Source: Ophelia neglecta
Taxonomy: Eukaryota
Direction of reading: 5' to 3'
Assembly: GCA_965285935.1 (NCBI GenBank)
Contig: OZ260661.1
Coordinates: 102,610,001-102,674,000 of the forward strand
DNA: 64,000 bases
Shown here: positions 35,561 to 49,723 of the stretch, piece after piece
How the letters are laid out: every line of letters starts with the position of its first letter
Position numbering within the stretch: position 1 is the stretch's first letter
Notes under the pieces: generated by a model
The model's database searches: none
Told to the model about the DNA's origin: nothing
What the model saw: the letters and a program-made list of their open reading frames with translations, nothing else
Position numbers and translations under genes: made by a program

Positions 35561-38500
35561 TATTGAGCGGTGCGTAGTGGAGTTCCATCTGTAGTATGGT
35601 AAAGGCTTGTACCGAGTCGGCTCAACGAGCCTACTATAGCAGTTGCAGGCATGTAAATTAGAGCGGTAGCTGTGGGGACCGGCTGTATGCAGACGACCAA
35701 GAGCGGTGACCGCGGGCCTTGCCATCCAGGGGACGCAGTCTTAATGTCGGGCTAGCCTGCTGGATAGAAGAGAACCCCGCACCTGGACTGTCGTGTGGGG
35801 CTATGCTAGTATGACTTCGCGTTTTTGAACAAACAATTAAAACAGTTCAATTCAACTGTTTTAGCCAACGTATATCATCGCTTAACCAGCCTCAGCCATT
35901 CAGTCTGGAACAGCAATTGATTTGAACGCCAGCGATGAGCCTTGTCTCCAATGACAGGACAACCAAGGGCAACACTACCAGCTGCTTAAAATTCAACAAG
36001 GCAGATGTCGCCACAAAAGGAATATTTAATAGCTTGTTTATTGCTTCCTATACAGTCATACCAGCAATGTGCATATATTGAGGTCGGATTTCTGGGTTTA
36101 ACGGGCTGATTGTAACGTGCTACTGAGGCGCGTGCAGGCCAGTGCCAATAGTATTAAGACACGCTCCTCCCTATAGCGTAGGGTACTACTAGCACGCCAC
36201 GCTAACGAGACCGCGGGCAAGTTACAGCCAAATTACTAACACATTATCATAGAAATATCTGCTACGAAAGGAGGAAATTTGGGTGAATTTGGGTGTGATT
36301 GTGTTCATTAAAAGTGAAATGTAACAAACGTTATATGAATCTAGCAATCAACATGCACAATCCATGAAAATATCACAAGGAAACAAAGAATAATATAGAA
36401 AGAAATGGTCCACTTCTACAATCATGGTGATTCAGCTGCATTCCTGTTAGATTGACAAAACTGGATAAAATTTTAATTAGTACACATACTCACACACGCA
36501 CACACACCTATATACATTTTGTATCAATAAGATGTGCCTGTAGAAAATCATTTTTACTTTATTCATAAATATTGAATATTAGTTATATTTATATATTCAA
36601 TTGAGATTCGGCTTCTTCATCAGCTTCTAGATATATAAGTAAGTTATAATGTAAAAACAAACAAAAAATTGGAAATTGTACCCAGTATATAATATATACA
36701 TAATTATTTGGTTATTAAGACGGCTAATGTAAGTGTGTTAGAATATAATTATAACCTACTGCGCATAAATATACATCTTTCTCTTTCTATATTTACACAC
36801 ACGCGTATATATATATATGTATATATATCATAGGCACTCTAGGTAGAAATAGAAAATAGTAACCAAGCAAGCTGAAATACTTGCAATTGAACTTTAGAAG
36901 GATATAAAAGAAACAAACCAGCTTACCACGTTACATTTAAGAAATAAGCGAATCATGAATAAGGCGATGAAATAGCGAGTTTGAGTAATATAAAGTCATG
37001 TTAGTCTCATGAATCATACACATTTATTTGAGGATTTTATATTACAAACATACAATTCATATGTGGTTTATATTTATGAGAGTGTACGTACGATAGTAAC
37101 TAATTAACATGGCAACAGTTACTTGCACATACCTTGATCAATAAGATGCAAATTGAAAGAAAGAAGACAGTAAGATGCATTATGTTGAAAAGAGTCAACA
37201 GACATGCTGAGGTGACAAGGCCTTAGAAGATAATAGCAAGTCAGACCGCGTAGACAAGAAGCAAGTCATATCTCATAGGATGCGAAGAATAATATCCATC
37301 TTATTTAGAATATAGACCTAAAATTATCAAATACAATACTTTGGCTACAAATGAAGTGGAAACTGACGAAGATACTCACCTCGGCACTCTACCTAGGGTA
37401 AAACATCGAGCAAACACTTGATTTTTCTTTTTAATATCCCAGAGTGTATTGATGCATTTCCGTGGCTCACTCATTACCTTTTCGACAGTGAAAATAAGCA
37501 CACTTTCTTTCGAAAAGGTTGCTTTTTTCGGAATAGGCATTACCTGCCAAAGCCGAACGTGTTGCGTCTAGAACAATTTAATCGTGTGGTGGGTAAGCCA
37601 GGACTGTCTGTAAACTAAAATGCGTTACATTCTTTTCTATTGCTATCTCAGCATCACTGGAAATCTCAGAAGCAGACGCCTGGCTAGAAGTACTTCACCT
37701 CGTCGTTCGCCTAATCGGTCACCACACCGGCAACCAAAAAAGATACACTTCTGACAGTTCACAAAGGAAGCTGCATATACTGGTAATCTGATGTTTTGGG
37801 ATCAATTTAATGGACTTTTGTTCATTAATAATTTTGCTTTTCCTGTCGTACAGGTACCCATTCCAGTTCTTTTATAGATGCAAGCATATGTAAGGTGGAC
37901 GACACGTGATATAATGGAGAGTCTTCATGAATATGAGTCGCGAGATGCACGGGTCCGAGAGGTTGTGAGAGCTGGTGGAGATTGTATAACTCTTCTTACC
38001 AGCCAGTGAGGTGCAGAGTTTTGCACATGCCAGACACACGATTTTGAACGGAGTTTGAAGAAATGCCCGGAGGCGACAGAGATTTATTGATTGACTGGCT
38101 CCATTTCCGACTAAAGGACAAAGATAGCCCAAAACATAAGGAATATTATACACAAATGTGCGAACCGGAAACCATTCGTTCCCTTTGCAATTATTGCACA
38201 AATGTGATCTCTTTAGAAGAAAACATGGGTTTATGGCGAAATGTGCAAGTCATTCGAATGATTTCGTTCCACAACTTTTAACGGCATCGGAAAGGTTGCC
38301 TTTGATACCGCATATAGCAATTGTGCTACCATGGTGCTTACGCGAAAAATAATTCTATGCCGATTGTTTTTTATTTTAGTTACATCTATTGGATGCCTAA
38401 GATCTCATCTGCATGGGAGAATCCAGCAACTTGTTCGTTATGTGCATTTATGAATATGTTGCTGTTTATACCTAAAGTGCTGATCGAATCTCAGTTAAAT

Positions 38501-40949
38501 TCAATATCATTGCATTGTTGTTGGCGAAAAATCCATTCCAATTGTTTGTGCATGACAGATCTTGTTTGTGCAAAAAACTTTAATTAAAATTCTATCCTAT
38601 TGCCATAAAATAAGATTATGAGGCGTCAAAAAACTTGGGATATGTATTGAAAAATGTTAAAGGTATAAATGTAAGTCAACTTGATAATCGTGAAAACATT
38701 ATTCAGGAAACACCAATATTTTGAATAGCACAATCAGATGATTGGCTTATCAGCTTGGGTAAAATAGGCACACGCAGCATTTTCATTATAAAAGGTTATA
38801 TAAATAAAACCCACATACTGTGTCTTAACTGCTTATGGGAGGCACAACTGCCTCATAACTTGAGTTTAAATTCAAATTACTGATATAAAGAAGAAACAAA
38901 TACATTATTTGATACTCGAAATTCACCCTTTTGCACATGCACCCAAATATGAAAATAACTTCTAAATCCAATCAGAAAAAATTGGTCGAAAGGTGCTTAG
39001 AATAAGCTTTTTCCGGCTTATACTAAACATTATTTAAAAGCACTCAATGCTTGTGAACATCTTATCTCATGAACTGTCGGTATGTATGCTTAACCTTTTA
39101 ACAAAAGGGAGCAAATGGTCCCTCCATGACCTGACCGCCTTAAAAAGTAGTTCCCGAAATTCAAAATTCCCATTTGGGACTAGTCTTCTTGGTTGGCACA
39201 ATATGACACCATGACCTTTTTCCCATCAAACTACCACCTGTCCCCTGTGTCCATTAACTGCAAAAGCAAATGCCAAAGCCTCGACACTTGAAGCCAATGC
39301 CATCGTCTGCCCGCCAGACATCCTACAGTTGGTGCCTCTGGAGTGGTTCATTGCCAATTGATTTTGGTTGATGTGATGTAGACTGGCCTTAATTTGCCAA
39401 CATAGTTAATCACACGAGACCGCTCACCAGATTGGCGAAAGAATATTAAGCTGCTCATATACCCTCGAATGGCTGCAATCATATTTGATATTTGAATGAA
39501 CCAAGCAAATGCCACATTTAGCAATCAAGCTTCCACAACCAAGCAAGTAGAAAATCTAACTCCGAAAATGTTAATTAAAATGAAGGTTTTTTTGTTTGTT
39601 CTCGCCTTCGATATTGTCAGCTAGGCCTGAAACAGAGGCTTGGACTGAGCCTTTAAAAAAATACCTATATGAAGAAAGCAGGCATGGTTTTCATGCACTA
39701 ATTTCCAGGGACGCTATGTTCCATTATGCATAGTCATGCAGCTTCGGATGCCCATTTTCTTGGGCGGAACACAGCAGTGTTTGGTTGCATAAGCTTCTAA
39801 TGCTTCCCGTATTTATTTAAACGCTACCTTACTGGTGCTCTCTTAATACTAACTAGAAATCATTTTGGTCTGGGTCATTCAAGATCTCACATGGCTCGGT
39901 CACTAGATTGTATTGCCTTTTCAAATGGTCGTTACTTGACTTTGGATAAGCGGCATTAGCTTATACATATAGGCACTTGTTTGCATTTTGTGAAACCGTC
40001 CAGCACACCACACCATACACTGTTTCAGGCAAAATGCTTGGTTAGGATCATCTCCTGTCTTTTGCGACACGCCGTGAATATTTCATCATCCTCTCGACCC
40101 TATGAACATCACCAATCAATAGCGCTACACAGGCAACAAATACTGACTGCATCTGGTGGCCGTCGGCCATTACGGCAGACGACACATGAGGTGAGCTTGT
40201 CAGTGTCATGGCGCCTTGCTTTATGTATATCAAAAAAACTCTTTTCCCCCAGGAAGGACATGTTTTGAATTAATTAGAGGCAAGTTCATTAATCACTGGG
40301 TTAGGTATCAAAGCCATCTGATTATTAAAATAAAAACCTTAGCTTCTTTTCTGATTTTGTTTTGCTCCACTGCTCTATTCGTTTTAGCCTATTCAGATTG
40401 TTTTCGTGACTCAAGCAGGAATATATTTTGTTCTACCACTACAGAAATAAATAGCTTGGTATTATTATGCTCTGTAATAAATTCGAAATAAAATGTACAA
40501 TGGCAAATGATTTTGGTGATCATAACTAACAGTAACAAAATCAACAGCAATCAAAAGAAAATAAGATAGACCATCATTATTTCGCAGTGTCCTCTGTCGA
40601 ACAGTTCGAAAACTGTAAGTAGTGTTCAGTTGTAATGAGGCCAAATCTAGCTAACTCAGCTACTGGCGCCGTCTGTGGCTAAATTCACTGTAGTAACCGC
40701 TAAATGTCGGTGAAAGTCAATCGATCCATTGAACTGGCGTTCAAGCTGAATGATTTGCTGGCTGCTTTCGCCACAGGGCGACAGACACATTAACATATTA
40801 GAAATAGTGAAGTTACCGCGTCTTGTCCATACCCTGAAGTCTCAGACTAAGTGGTTTCCACACAGGGGGCCCAGGACAACAATGACGGTTGCCCCTGCTA
40901 CCTCGATCATCCGGCTCCTATTGACGCTTTAAATTTCTATTCCACGAAT

Positions 40950-41300
40950 GTCTTCTGCTTGGACACTACGCATTAATAGACCGTAATACATCTTGAGCTA
41001 ACTTAACCTTACAGTGTATGCAATAAATTTCAAAAAAACTGGAAATAAATAATAGGCAACTAGATACTTATTCAGATGATTTCCGGCTGTAAAAGCCCAC
41101 GTGTGTGCTGTAGATTGTGGCAATGATCTTGCAGATGAGCTTTATTTGTTTTATAATGACTCAACCGATATTTATCCGTCTCTGTTCCCTCATTTGGATC
41201 TCACATCAAACACATTAGTTTGCTCGTTACTATCCAAATCATCTATTACTATGGCTTTTCATACTTCGCAGTTTACTAAATGTGAGTCGATAATCCATTT
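40950..41300 (+). mobile_element. Possible highly decayed LINE ORF2 C-terminal (CCHC-type) fragment
   Basis: AINFKKLEINNRQL...VCAVDCGNDLADELYLFY loosely resembles the KFR.SNH.L.IE.GR...R.C..C...DE.HF.F.C tail of non-LTR element ORF2 proteins. Frameshifted, and the match is weak. Confidence 0.3.
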
Positions 41301-41868
41301 GTCAAAGGGTTGTGATAAGTTGGTCGTTGTTTTATTAGTCCTCTTTTCAAGGATGCTAAATTAAATTTTACAATACATATACGAGTTTGCTCCGGCACAC
41401 TACAATTAACGTAGTTATCCAGCCTTGCAGGGTGAAAAACACCCTGTTAGAGTTTGAAATGTCGAAGGTGATATAATACCCAATCGAGGCCTCCTGTATT
41501 ATGCAGTTGTCCTCCAGGGACACATTAGTGGAGAGAAGCGGTTAGCTATATGGCGAATTTGGCATGTTAGAGGCTGAAAGTGGTAAAAGTTCAATGATCA
41601 CATGCGACATTTTCTGGCGTAAACTGAGTATACACACGGCCAACTAATGTAGACTATCGTCTGTTATATTATGATGTGTTACACAGACGGATCATAAATA
41701 ATGGCCCGCGTGTCGATGAGGAAGTTCAGTAACACAAACAAGGATAATTATGAAGGCACCAGACCACAAGTGATAAATGCAGTATTTGAATTCTACTAAG
41801 CATCAAACATTACCTATAGTGGTGCCACTGACACTGCTACATGAATGCACGACGGAACTGCCTCACTG

Positions 41869-41953
41869 TCTAGAGGTCATTGCCTAGATGTTATTGCCTA
41901 GAGGTCATTACCTAAAAACCTATTGTCTGAAGGTCATTGCCTAGAGGTCATCG
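41869..41953. repeat. Short degenerate 14-bp tandem repeat (ctagaggtcattgc), ~6 copies
   Basis: Directly visible periodicity. Confidence 0.8.
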
Positions 41954-44900
41954 CTGGTTTGACAGTTTTCTTGTGTTGGAACGCAGCAATTATTAGGCCC
42001 TATGCAAAATATTCTAATTGAACTGGGCATCGCTAGACAAATAAATAACAGTCGTACATGGGTTTCTAAATACACTGACAAAGGCATAGATCCCTTGTAA
42101 TGAAGTAACGCCAACAGCATTACTTCCCTCTGCAAAAGAGTATTCCTCTCAGAAATTTTGACTCATTGGTAAGCAGTACGGTAGACGTGCCAACTGACAT
42201 ATCAACATAGGATGAATAGTTTTCGTTCATGCAATTGCCATGTAAGAATTAACAAGTTCTTGGGTATACAGTCGATTGTCGATGGACGGGACAGGACAAT
42301 GGCGTCTTTGAATGTGCATGCCCGATAGACCTTACCAATCCAATATCAGTCCATTTATGGAAAATACCCAAGAGTGTATTTCATCTCGACCTAATTTAGC
42401 CGCTTACTCGTTTGTACTGAGGGTGTCTCCCATCTTTGGAGACAATGGGACACTTTCCAATTAAAGCAACTTTACGTACCTACTTAATAACATACATCAG
42501 TCTATACTGTTTGATATGGAACTGGATTTTGGTGTTGTGTGCGCCTGTGGCGACCGATTTCTGGTGAATATATTTTAAATCATCTGATGATCTATATAAT
42601 ATATGGACATTGATTCTAGTATTTCCGCCTGGTATTCGTATCCTTTTAAAGGCAATGTTTGACTAACAAGTATGATAATCATGTGATAATATAATAATCT
42701 CGTTTTTTTTTCTTTGATTATGCAATCAGTTGAACATTTAGTTCACTGTGCTAAGTATCCCTGGTTAATATATAAAAGCTTAATGATTGTTTAAAGCTTG
42801 GAAAGATTAAATAATAAAAGCCTTCTACCTATAAAAATAGCGGACGTATACATATATGAAAACAAGACTAAGCCTTTTCCCAACCCACAGTTGTGAATAT
42901 TTCAATTGTCATGTTTCCTGTCTGTATCAATTGTCCCGACCTTATTTCAAATTCTCCTGGCCTTCTTACTCTTCGCTTTAAAAGGAGGACTAAGTCGGTG
43001 AGGCTTTTAAACTGTCAATGTAGTTCTCGGTAAATGAAGACAGGACAGCACTTATGGCGCCTTAGATGCTCAATATTCCTCTCAGGATTCACACTGTTGT
43101 AAATTTCAACAAGGCCTATATTGTAAATATTTATAAACTACTAGTTTCTGTGCGGCATGCTCAACGGATCAATAAATAAGTTATTTCAACAACAAAACAT
43201 GAATCAAGTTGTAATTCAGTGCTGGAAGTAAGTAACCGTCCCAACGTCCGTGACGGGGTAAAATGAGAAGGACGTGTAACTCTTCAAAGTAGCCAATCCT
43301 TTTGGGTGTTCCTGCTTGTCGCACGTTTCACGCAGCCATAAAACACGGAGCAGTCGAATCAGGCCCCGGCTGATACTACATTTATATATGCCCTGTCTTG
43401 TACCAGTGTACAGTCCAGTTCGATTGACGTTTTGGCGTATCCGCGTTTTGCAGTTAACCAGTAAAAGCCCTTCACCGCATAAAGCCCGAATGTCCATGTA
43501 CAGAAGTGTAATCTCGTGCACACGTATGGCCAAACCAATCTGCAAACAGCTCGAAATACCAAAGCTGTTCGAACATTATTTAAACTCCTGAACCCGAGAA
43601 ACACGCACAAAAAGCAAAGGCTAAATAATGATCGGGAAAGCGTAAACGGACAGTGATATCATAGTGGACATCTGAGTTCAAATGGCTAATAACGAACGAG
43701 CAGAATACTGTCAAACATGTTGAACTAAATTTTGAATATAATTTTGTTATTTATTCGAAAATGGTCTTTGCCAATATGACATTAGGCATAACTGATTTAT
43801 CACTATTCTAGTTAAAACACCCATTTCTTCGGGAGAAAACATTACAAAAGCTGGGACTGCTAACTGTTTACAGGGCATAGTAACTTCCTGAAGTTAACTG
43901 TCCTTTGGACTGTTAAGATTTTGGGCCTTATTTCCAAAACACTGGCTATATATTAGCAGAATATGTTTTCTATTTAGGCCTAATAGGTATAACACACTTG
44001 GATTTGAATAATGAAAACACTTCGCCGTCGAATAGGCCTACTGAGTGTGTGGGCTTATTAGCAGAAGCAGGATGATAAGATGAAAAGGAAGGTTGGCTTT
44101 CAACCAGTGAGAGTACTCATCCAGTGAGAGTACTCAATACTTGATAGTACAGTGAAGCAGAACATGCTTTGCCGGTTGACTTACACAGTTATCATATAAG
44201 ATTGCCACAGTATTAATTGACTGAACATCTTTTTAAACAGCCAGAAGTTCACTTTGGTTTTTCAAGTCGTTACAGCTTTGTTTTTTTCTCTTCTTTGATA
44301 ATTGGCAATTAGCAAAACCACATACACATGGCGGTGTCTAAACGGAAATTAAATCTAGTCAAATATGGCACAGCCTCGTTTTGACTTTGTATTTCTCAGT
44401 AAGCATTAGACTAACGGTCTAAAGGAATCATATCTTATTCTATACACCCGTATAATATTGTGAAAGCCGTTTATTGTTCTACCAAGCTTGAACCCGAACT
44501 ACCATCAATCAGAACAATGCAGGTTAACAGAAAACTGTCTCGGTGCATCTCGAGATGAATGTATGGTCCGTCCCTGGGGCGCCCAGCCCGACCCGGCTGC
44601 CGTTACTGGTTGGCTAACCAAGTTTTCCCAGGCCAGGCAGCCATCAGTTATCCTTGTATTCGGAAACAAGCGAGGAAGAAGACAAGCATTATGCCGGGCT
44701 GAAATTCATTTACGTAGATAAAATGCCATCAGGCCATGGAGTCAAAGGATTTAACTAAGTGGTGGAGAAATGCTATATAGTAAGCTATATGAGTGCCACC
44801 ATCAATTAGAGATATGTGTACAAAACCTTTTGTAGACTATATGTTTAAGGAGTTTTTAAAAATCCGAATAAAGCCTCATTAAATCACTCATTCTCTTATT

Positions 44901-46403
44901 TCAACGTAGTTATCTGTGCTTGGTAAACACATCACACTAATTGTCTTCCCCGTGAGTGTTTTCTCCTGCCATCAGTAGTTTGATGAAAGGGACAATTTGG
45001 CCTAATAAATGTCTCATTAGCGTCAACGCAGCTAGTGTAGATGATAAATGGACTGGATTTCTAGATCCATAACGCCACGTGTATTTGCAATACATATCAT
45101 GTACATGCTTGGAACTGAGAACAGTTTCCCAGCAATGGGGTTGCTACGCTGTTTTCAGCCAACCCGCAACAGTAATTTCGTGACAAAACCGCTTATTTGA
45201 TACCATGAATTATGTCCTTGTGACTGTTGTTATAACAGCAATAGAGTACCAGCTCTGAATTGGCGTTGAAATCACGCTGGGCAAAGGTTTCCATTTGAGT
45301 TTCATTTCCGCTTTGTTCTTTGCAGATAATAGACTATCTGCTCTGCTGAAGATCCCCCGAGAAGGTCTACTCAGAGGCGGCATTGCTTGTCAACCTATTG
45401 ACGACAAAGCCATCAGACGAGAGTAGCATTGAATATTGCGTGATGCTGCCAAAACAAACCGAATGCAATCCTTCACTAAAAGAAAGAATCAATGTCAACA
45501 ACTTGTAAAACGAACGACTATTCATCGAAATAGACAAGACTTCGCTAATATTCATGCATGTTCTTGGCCACACGACAAATGATGAAATGAAAAATGCAAA
45601 TGAGTCGCGTTAGTTCGCTAAGTTTGATTGGATGGCCATGGGTACAGGACGTGAGATAGATAGTTTTAATGCCTGGTTAAACCTGACATAGGTGCTCTGA
45701 TACGTATTATGTCTGAGCGCTATTGATTCAAAGCACACTTTCTTGAGGTTTTGGCCCAGCCTGTGTGTGTACAAGGGCGCCACAGGAAGATATCTCCCCA
45801 TCAACTTTCTCAGATTATGTAACGACTACAATGTTCTGAATATCCCGCCATTTACCACCAATCCATTGTGAGCCTTAGAAGAACCGACGTTTTTTTTTCA
45901 CTCCAATGATATCAAAGTGATTAGACAGATTCCATCGGGCGTCAGAAGCGATTCATATCTGCAAGAAAATCGCCCACCTCATGCAAAATGATGTATACAT
46001 TTGCATATAAACTTCAAGGAAAAAGCCAAAAGAACCCCATGGTTGGAACTGTTCTTCCAATGCAAAATCGATTAGAAGCTGCTGTAACACTCGTCAAAGA
46101 TAAAAACTACAAAGGCACAGCCAGCTTTTTAAATGAATGACACAATTATTCATTCCAGACAATATCTTTATATTTAAAATACATCTTTTTATCATTTTGC
46201 TCATTACACATGCGAAGATCAGCAAACCGATGTTTCTCACATTGAAAAGTCGGTGTTTGACCCATTTTGGAACTTATGCTGTCTTTTTCTAAGAATAGAA
46301 TAATATTGTCATTTCATAACTACTATAAACATTCATGAGCAAGGGTTTTGCAAATGAACTTCCTAGCCATTACCAAACCAGCCAGGCCGGTGTTGTCGAT
46401 ATG

Positions 46404-46972
46404 AACTAGAAGACAGCCCAGGCCCCTGGTATTTCCTGAGGGTTTACTCGAAGACAGCCCAGGCCCCTGGTATTTCCCGAGTTTGTACTAAAAGGCAGCC
46501 CATCCCCCTGGTATTTCCCGAGTGTGTACCAAAAGGCAGCCCAGGCCCCCTGGTATTTCATCAGTGTGAACTAGAAGACAGCCCAGGCCCCTGGTATTTC
46601 CCGAGAGTGTACTAGAAGACAGCCCAGGCCCCTGGTATTTCCCGAGTGTGTACCAAAAGGCAGCCCAGGCCCCCTGGTATTTCATCAGTGTGAACTAGAA
46701 GACAGCCCAGGCCCCTGGTATTTCCCGAGAGTGTACTAGAAGACAGCCCAGGCCCCTGGTATTTCCCGAGAGTGTACTAGAAGACAGCCCAGGCCCCTGG
46801 TATTTCCCGAGAGTGTACTAGAAGACAGCCCAGGCCCCTGGTATTTCCCGAGAGTGTACTAGAAGGCAGCCCAGGCCCCTGGTATTTCCCGAGAGTGTAC
46901 TAGAAGAGAGCCCAGGCCTCTGGTATTTCCCGAGAGTGTACTAGAAGACAGCCCAGGTCCCTGGTATTTCCT
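46404..46972. repeat. Minisatellite, ~41-bp unit (actagaagacagcccaggcccctggtatttcccgagagtgt), ~14 copies
   Basis: Direct tandem repetition (period 41 at 46741/46782). A variant 3-unit block repeats at 124-nt spacing (46527/46651). Confidence 0.96.
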
Positions 46973-48949
46973 GAGGATAACAATTACTGACCATTGGCAT
47001 GTCTTCGAGGATGGTGTTTTCTGTGACCCACGCCACATAATCCCCTTCACACGACATACGACACCTGCCAGTAACAATAAAAACGCTCTTTACTACCCGG
47101 CCTCTTTACCCCAAATAAAATATCCTGTTTGCCTGCCAATTCGATCTACCATTACCAGGGCCGTGCACGCACACATCGGTGCCGTCAATTCGGCTTCTCA
47201 CTAAGCGTAGTAAATGATGGCCTATACTAGCCAGGACGCTGGCAAATAACATGGCACAAATACGTTTTTATTCTACTGACACGTAGATTCCATTAGGTTT
47301 CTAGTTAATTCTGCTACTGTGGCACGATAATTAGCGTTCGATAAAAAGAAAAGAAACCCAAATGGCTTGACTCGAACAAACCAATGCTCCATTTTGGAGG
47401 CGGTAAGTGTTGTTATCAATCTCTTTTCCACACGCCATTGTTTGTACTGTTTGGTGATTTGTCTTGTTGCGTTTCAGCCAATTGTTTGTTCACTAGAAAT
47501 GGTGGTGATTTGTATAAATCTGCCCCCCCCCCCTTTCCCCAAAAAAAGGCCAGTAAATGCGATGGGTCACTGCAATTAGACCACCGATTACTTCAAGCAT
47601 CGTGCAAACTACACATACTGTCTACAGATTAGTGGCTTCCAAGTAAACATTACCAACTTGGTGTCATGTGTCTGCATTTCGCTTAATACTGATACTCAAA
47701 TTCCGCATCCCAAGCCCCGAGAATCGACTGATGCATGCGACTACGCATGCGGGTTACACTAGAGTGCAGGAATCTGCCGACATCAAGAGTCACCAGGTCG
47801 GGAACAGCGGATGGTACACGCAGACGACATTGATTGAGCCGGGGCCCGCCTGCTCAAGACTCCCCGCTGTATGAATTCAGACAACTCGACAAAAATACCA
47901 CGTGTGTTGTCCGACCCAAAAGGCCTTGGACAGAACGAAAGATATGTATGACCAAACTTGGTAATAAACTGTCTGCATTTTATTTCATAATAAAGCTTGT
48001 AGACGCCAGCATGGTATTTTTTCTATGGAGATGGATGTTGATTGCATACAGACCTAGATCAATGGGGTTTGGCCCAGGTTTCCTTACTTAAAGACAGCTC
48101 GTTAGCTAGCTGCTGTAGGCTCGTTCTTTTCCATATAAACGACGTAAGCATGCTCTACTGTGGGCGTTTTGCCTTATTCTACAGTATCGCGGTGGCATAG
48201 CTGGCCATACCTCACCAGCAGCCGGATCTGTACGCTTCCTCTTGAAAACAGCCACAATGTCTAGACTGGTCTGGAGTCACCTCAATCCTGCGGTACCCCC
48301 AAGGACATTTGTACACTGTGCTTTATTAATATGAGCATGGCATCAGTCGCAATATGATACAACAGAAGATCGGAACTGTCTCTTTACTTTGATGGAATTG
48401 CTGTGTCTCTTTATCTTGAAGGAAACCAAGCAATCATAAAACAGGAGTGTGAGGCTTCTACGCTAGGACTATCAATTTGGTGAGACAGATACCACGCCAG
48501 TCCGTGAAGTACTAACGTAGACTCGGAGTAGTATCGGTGTGTATGGCATTTTACTCTTTACTTGGTCCATAACGACAGGCCAAGTAGTTAACAAAAAGTT
48601 ATCACTTATTCAGTGCGATGTCCAAGATACAGTCGAGCAATCAATGCGAACGAACCTCAAACAGGAACAATATGCTGCATAAATACAGACGTGGACTTGA
48701 ACAGCCTACCACAGAAATGCGATTGGTTACCAGTATGCAAATCGGTAACTGGTTCAAACTCCCTAAACACTGTTTGTATGCTACGGATATTATAATGCAA
48801 AGAGAAAGGCTGACCACCAATGTGTATTATTTTATTCTAGACATACAAACAGAGGCAGAGTTAAGAGTACCCTCTACGTATGCTGTTCAGATATAAATGA
48901 AACGATATAGATCTGAGGCCTATAACTTCATGCAAATGCGTACACAGAT

Positions 48950-49723
48950 GAATGAAACTATTAGAAAATGCATTTTTTGTCAGGTGCTCAACATAGTTCG
49001 ACGTTAAACCTACCATACGCTACCACGTAATATATATTCACTAGAACCCGCACTAGATTCGCTTTCATAGTTGAGCCACAAGGAGCAATGCGAAGCATAT
49101 TGTCGCCTTGACATAGTTAAAAAACTTGGCTTCAACCCCTTCCCCAAGCTTAGAGAATATTTCATGAATAAACCCATCTTTAAATGTATCAAAGATCAAG
49201 TTCCTGTCATACTAAAGGACACTTTAACCTTGGCCCAGCTACTTCATTCGCGTAAATTGCGCCGAAACAGCTCTAATTTATTGGTTCCTCAAAAGCTCCA
49301 ATGCCAACCTTTTGCGCCAGTCCATTGAGTACATTGCCCCAAGCTTACGGAACCAACTCACTGGTGATATAAGCAACCTGACTATTAACCACTCCTTTAA
49401 AAGGGCGATTAAATCTAAACGATTGTGTTTGTACCAATGACTTATTACCATTATAGTGATGGGGCTGTTCACACAGTTTTTTCATTTTACCTATTTGTAA
49501 TTGTTCTTTGTATAGGTTTTAATTTTACAGAGTATGTGTATAATACCTGTGTACACCGGGTTTTCTTCTATGTTTTCGCTTTGTTGCGTGGACATTTATT
49601 GCATTTTTAACTATCTATCTCGTATTTAATGTGTATAATGTCTTTTACTGTATCCGGGCCCCAGGCAAGGACAGCTGCGGCTGGCAGGGCTATTCAGCAT
49701 AAATAGATTCGATAAAAAAAAAA
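48950..49723 (+). mobile_element. 5'-truncated LINE remnant (CR1/L2/Crack-like ORF2 C-terminus, 3' UTR and A tail)
   Basis: Translation KKLGFNPFPKLREYFMNKPIFKCIKDQVPVILKD..HSRKLRRNSSNLLVP, then after a frameshift QSIEYIAPSLRNQLTGDISNLTINHSFKRAIKS. This resembles the S.Y.GP.LWN.LP..IR...FK..LK tail of CR1/L2-clade ORF2. It is followed by a T-rich UTR and an A-run at ~49713-49723. Confidence 0.65.
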
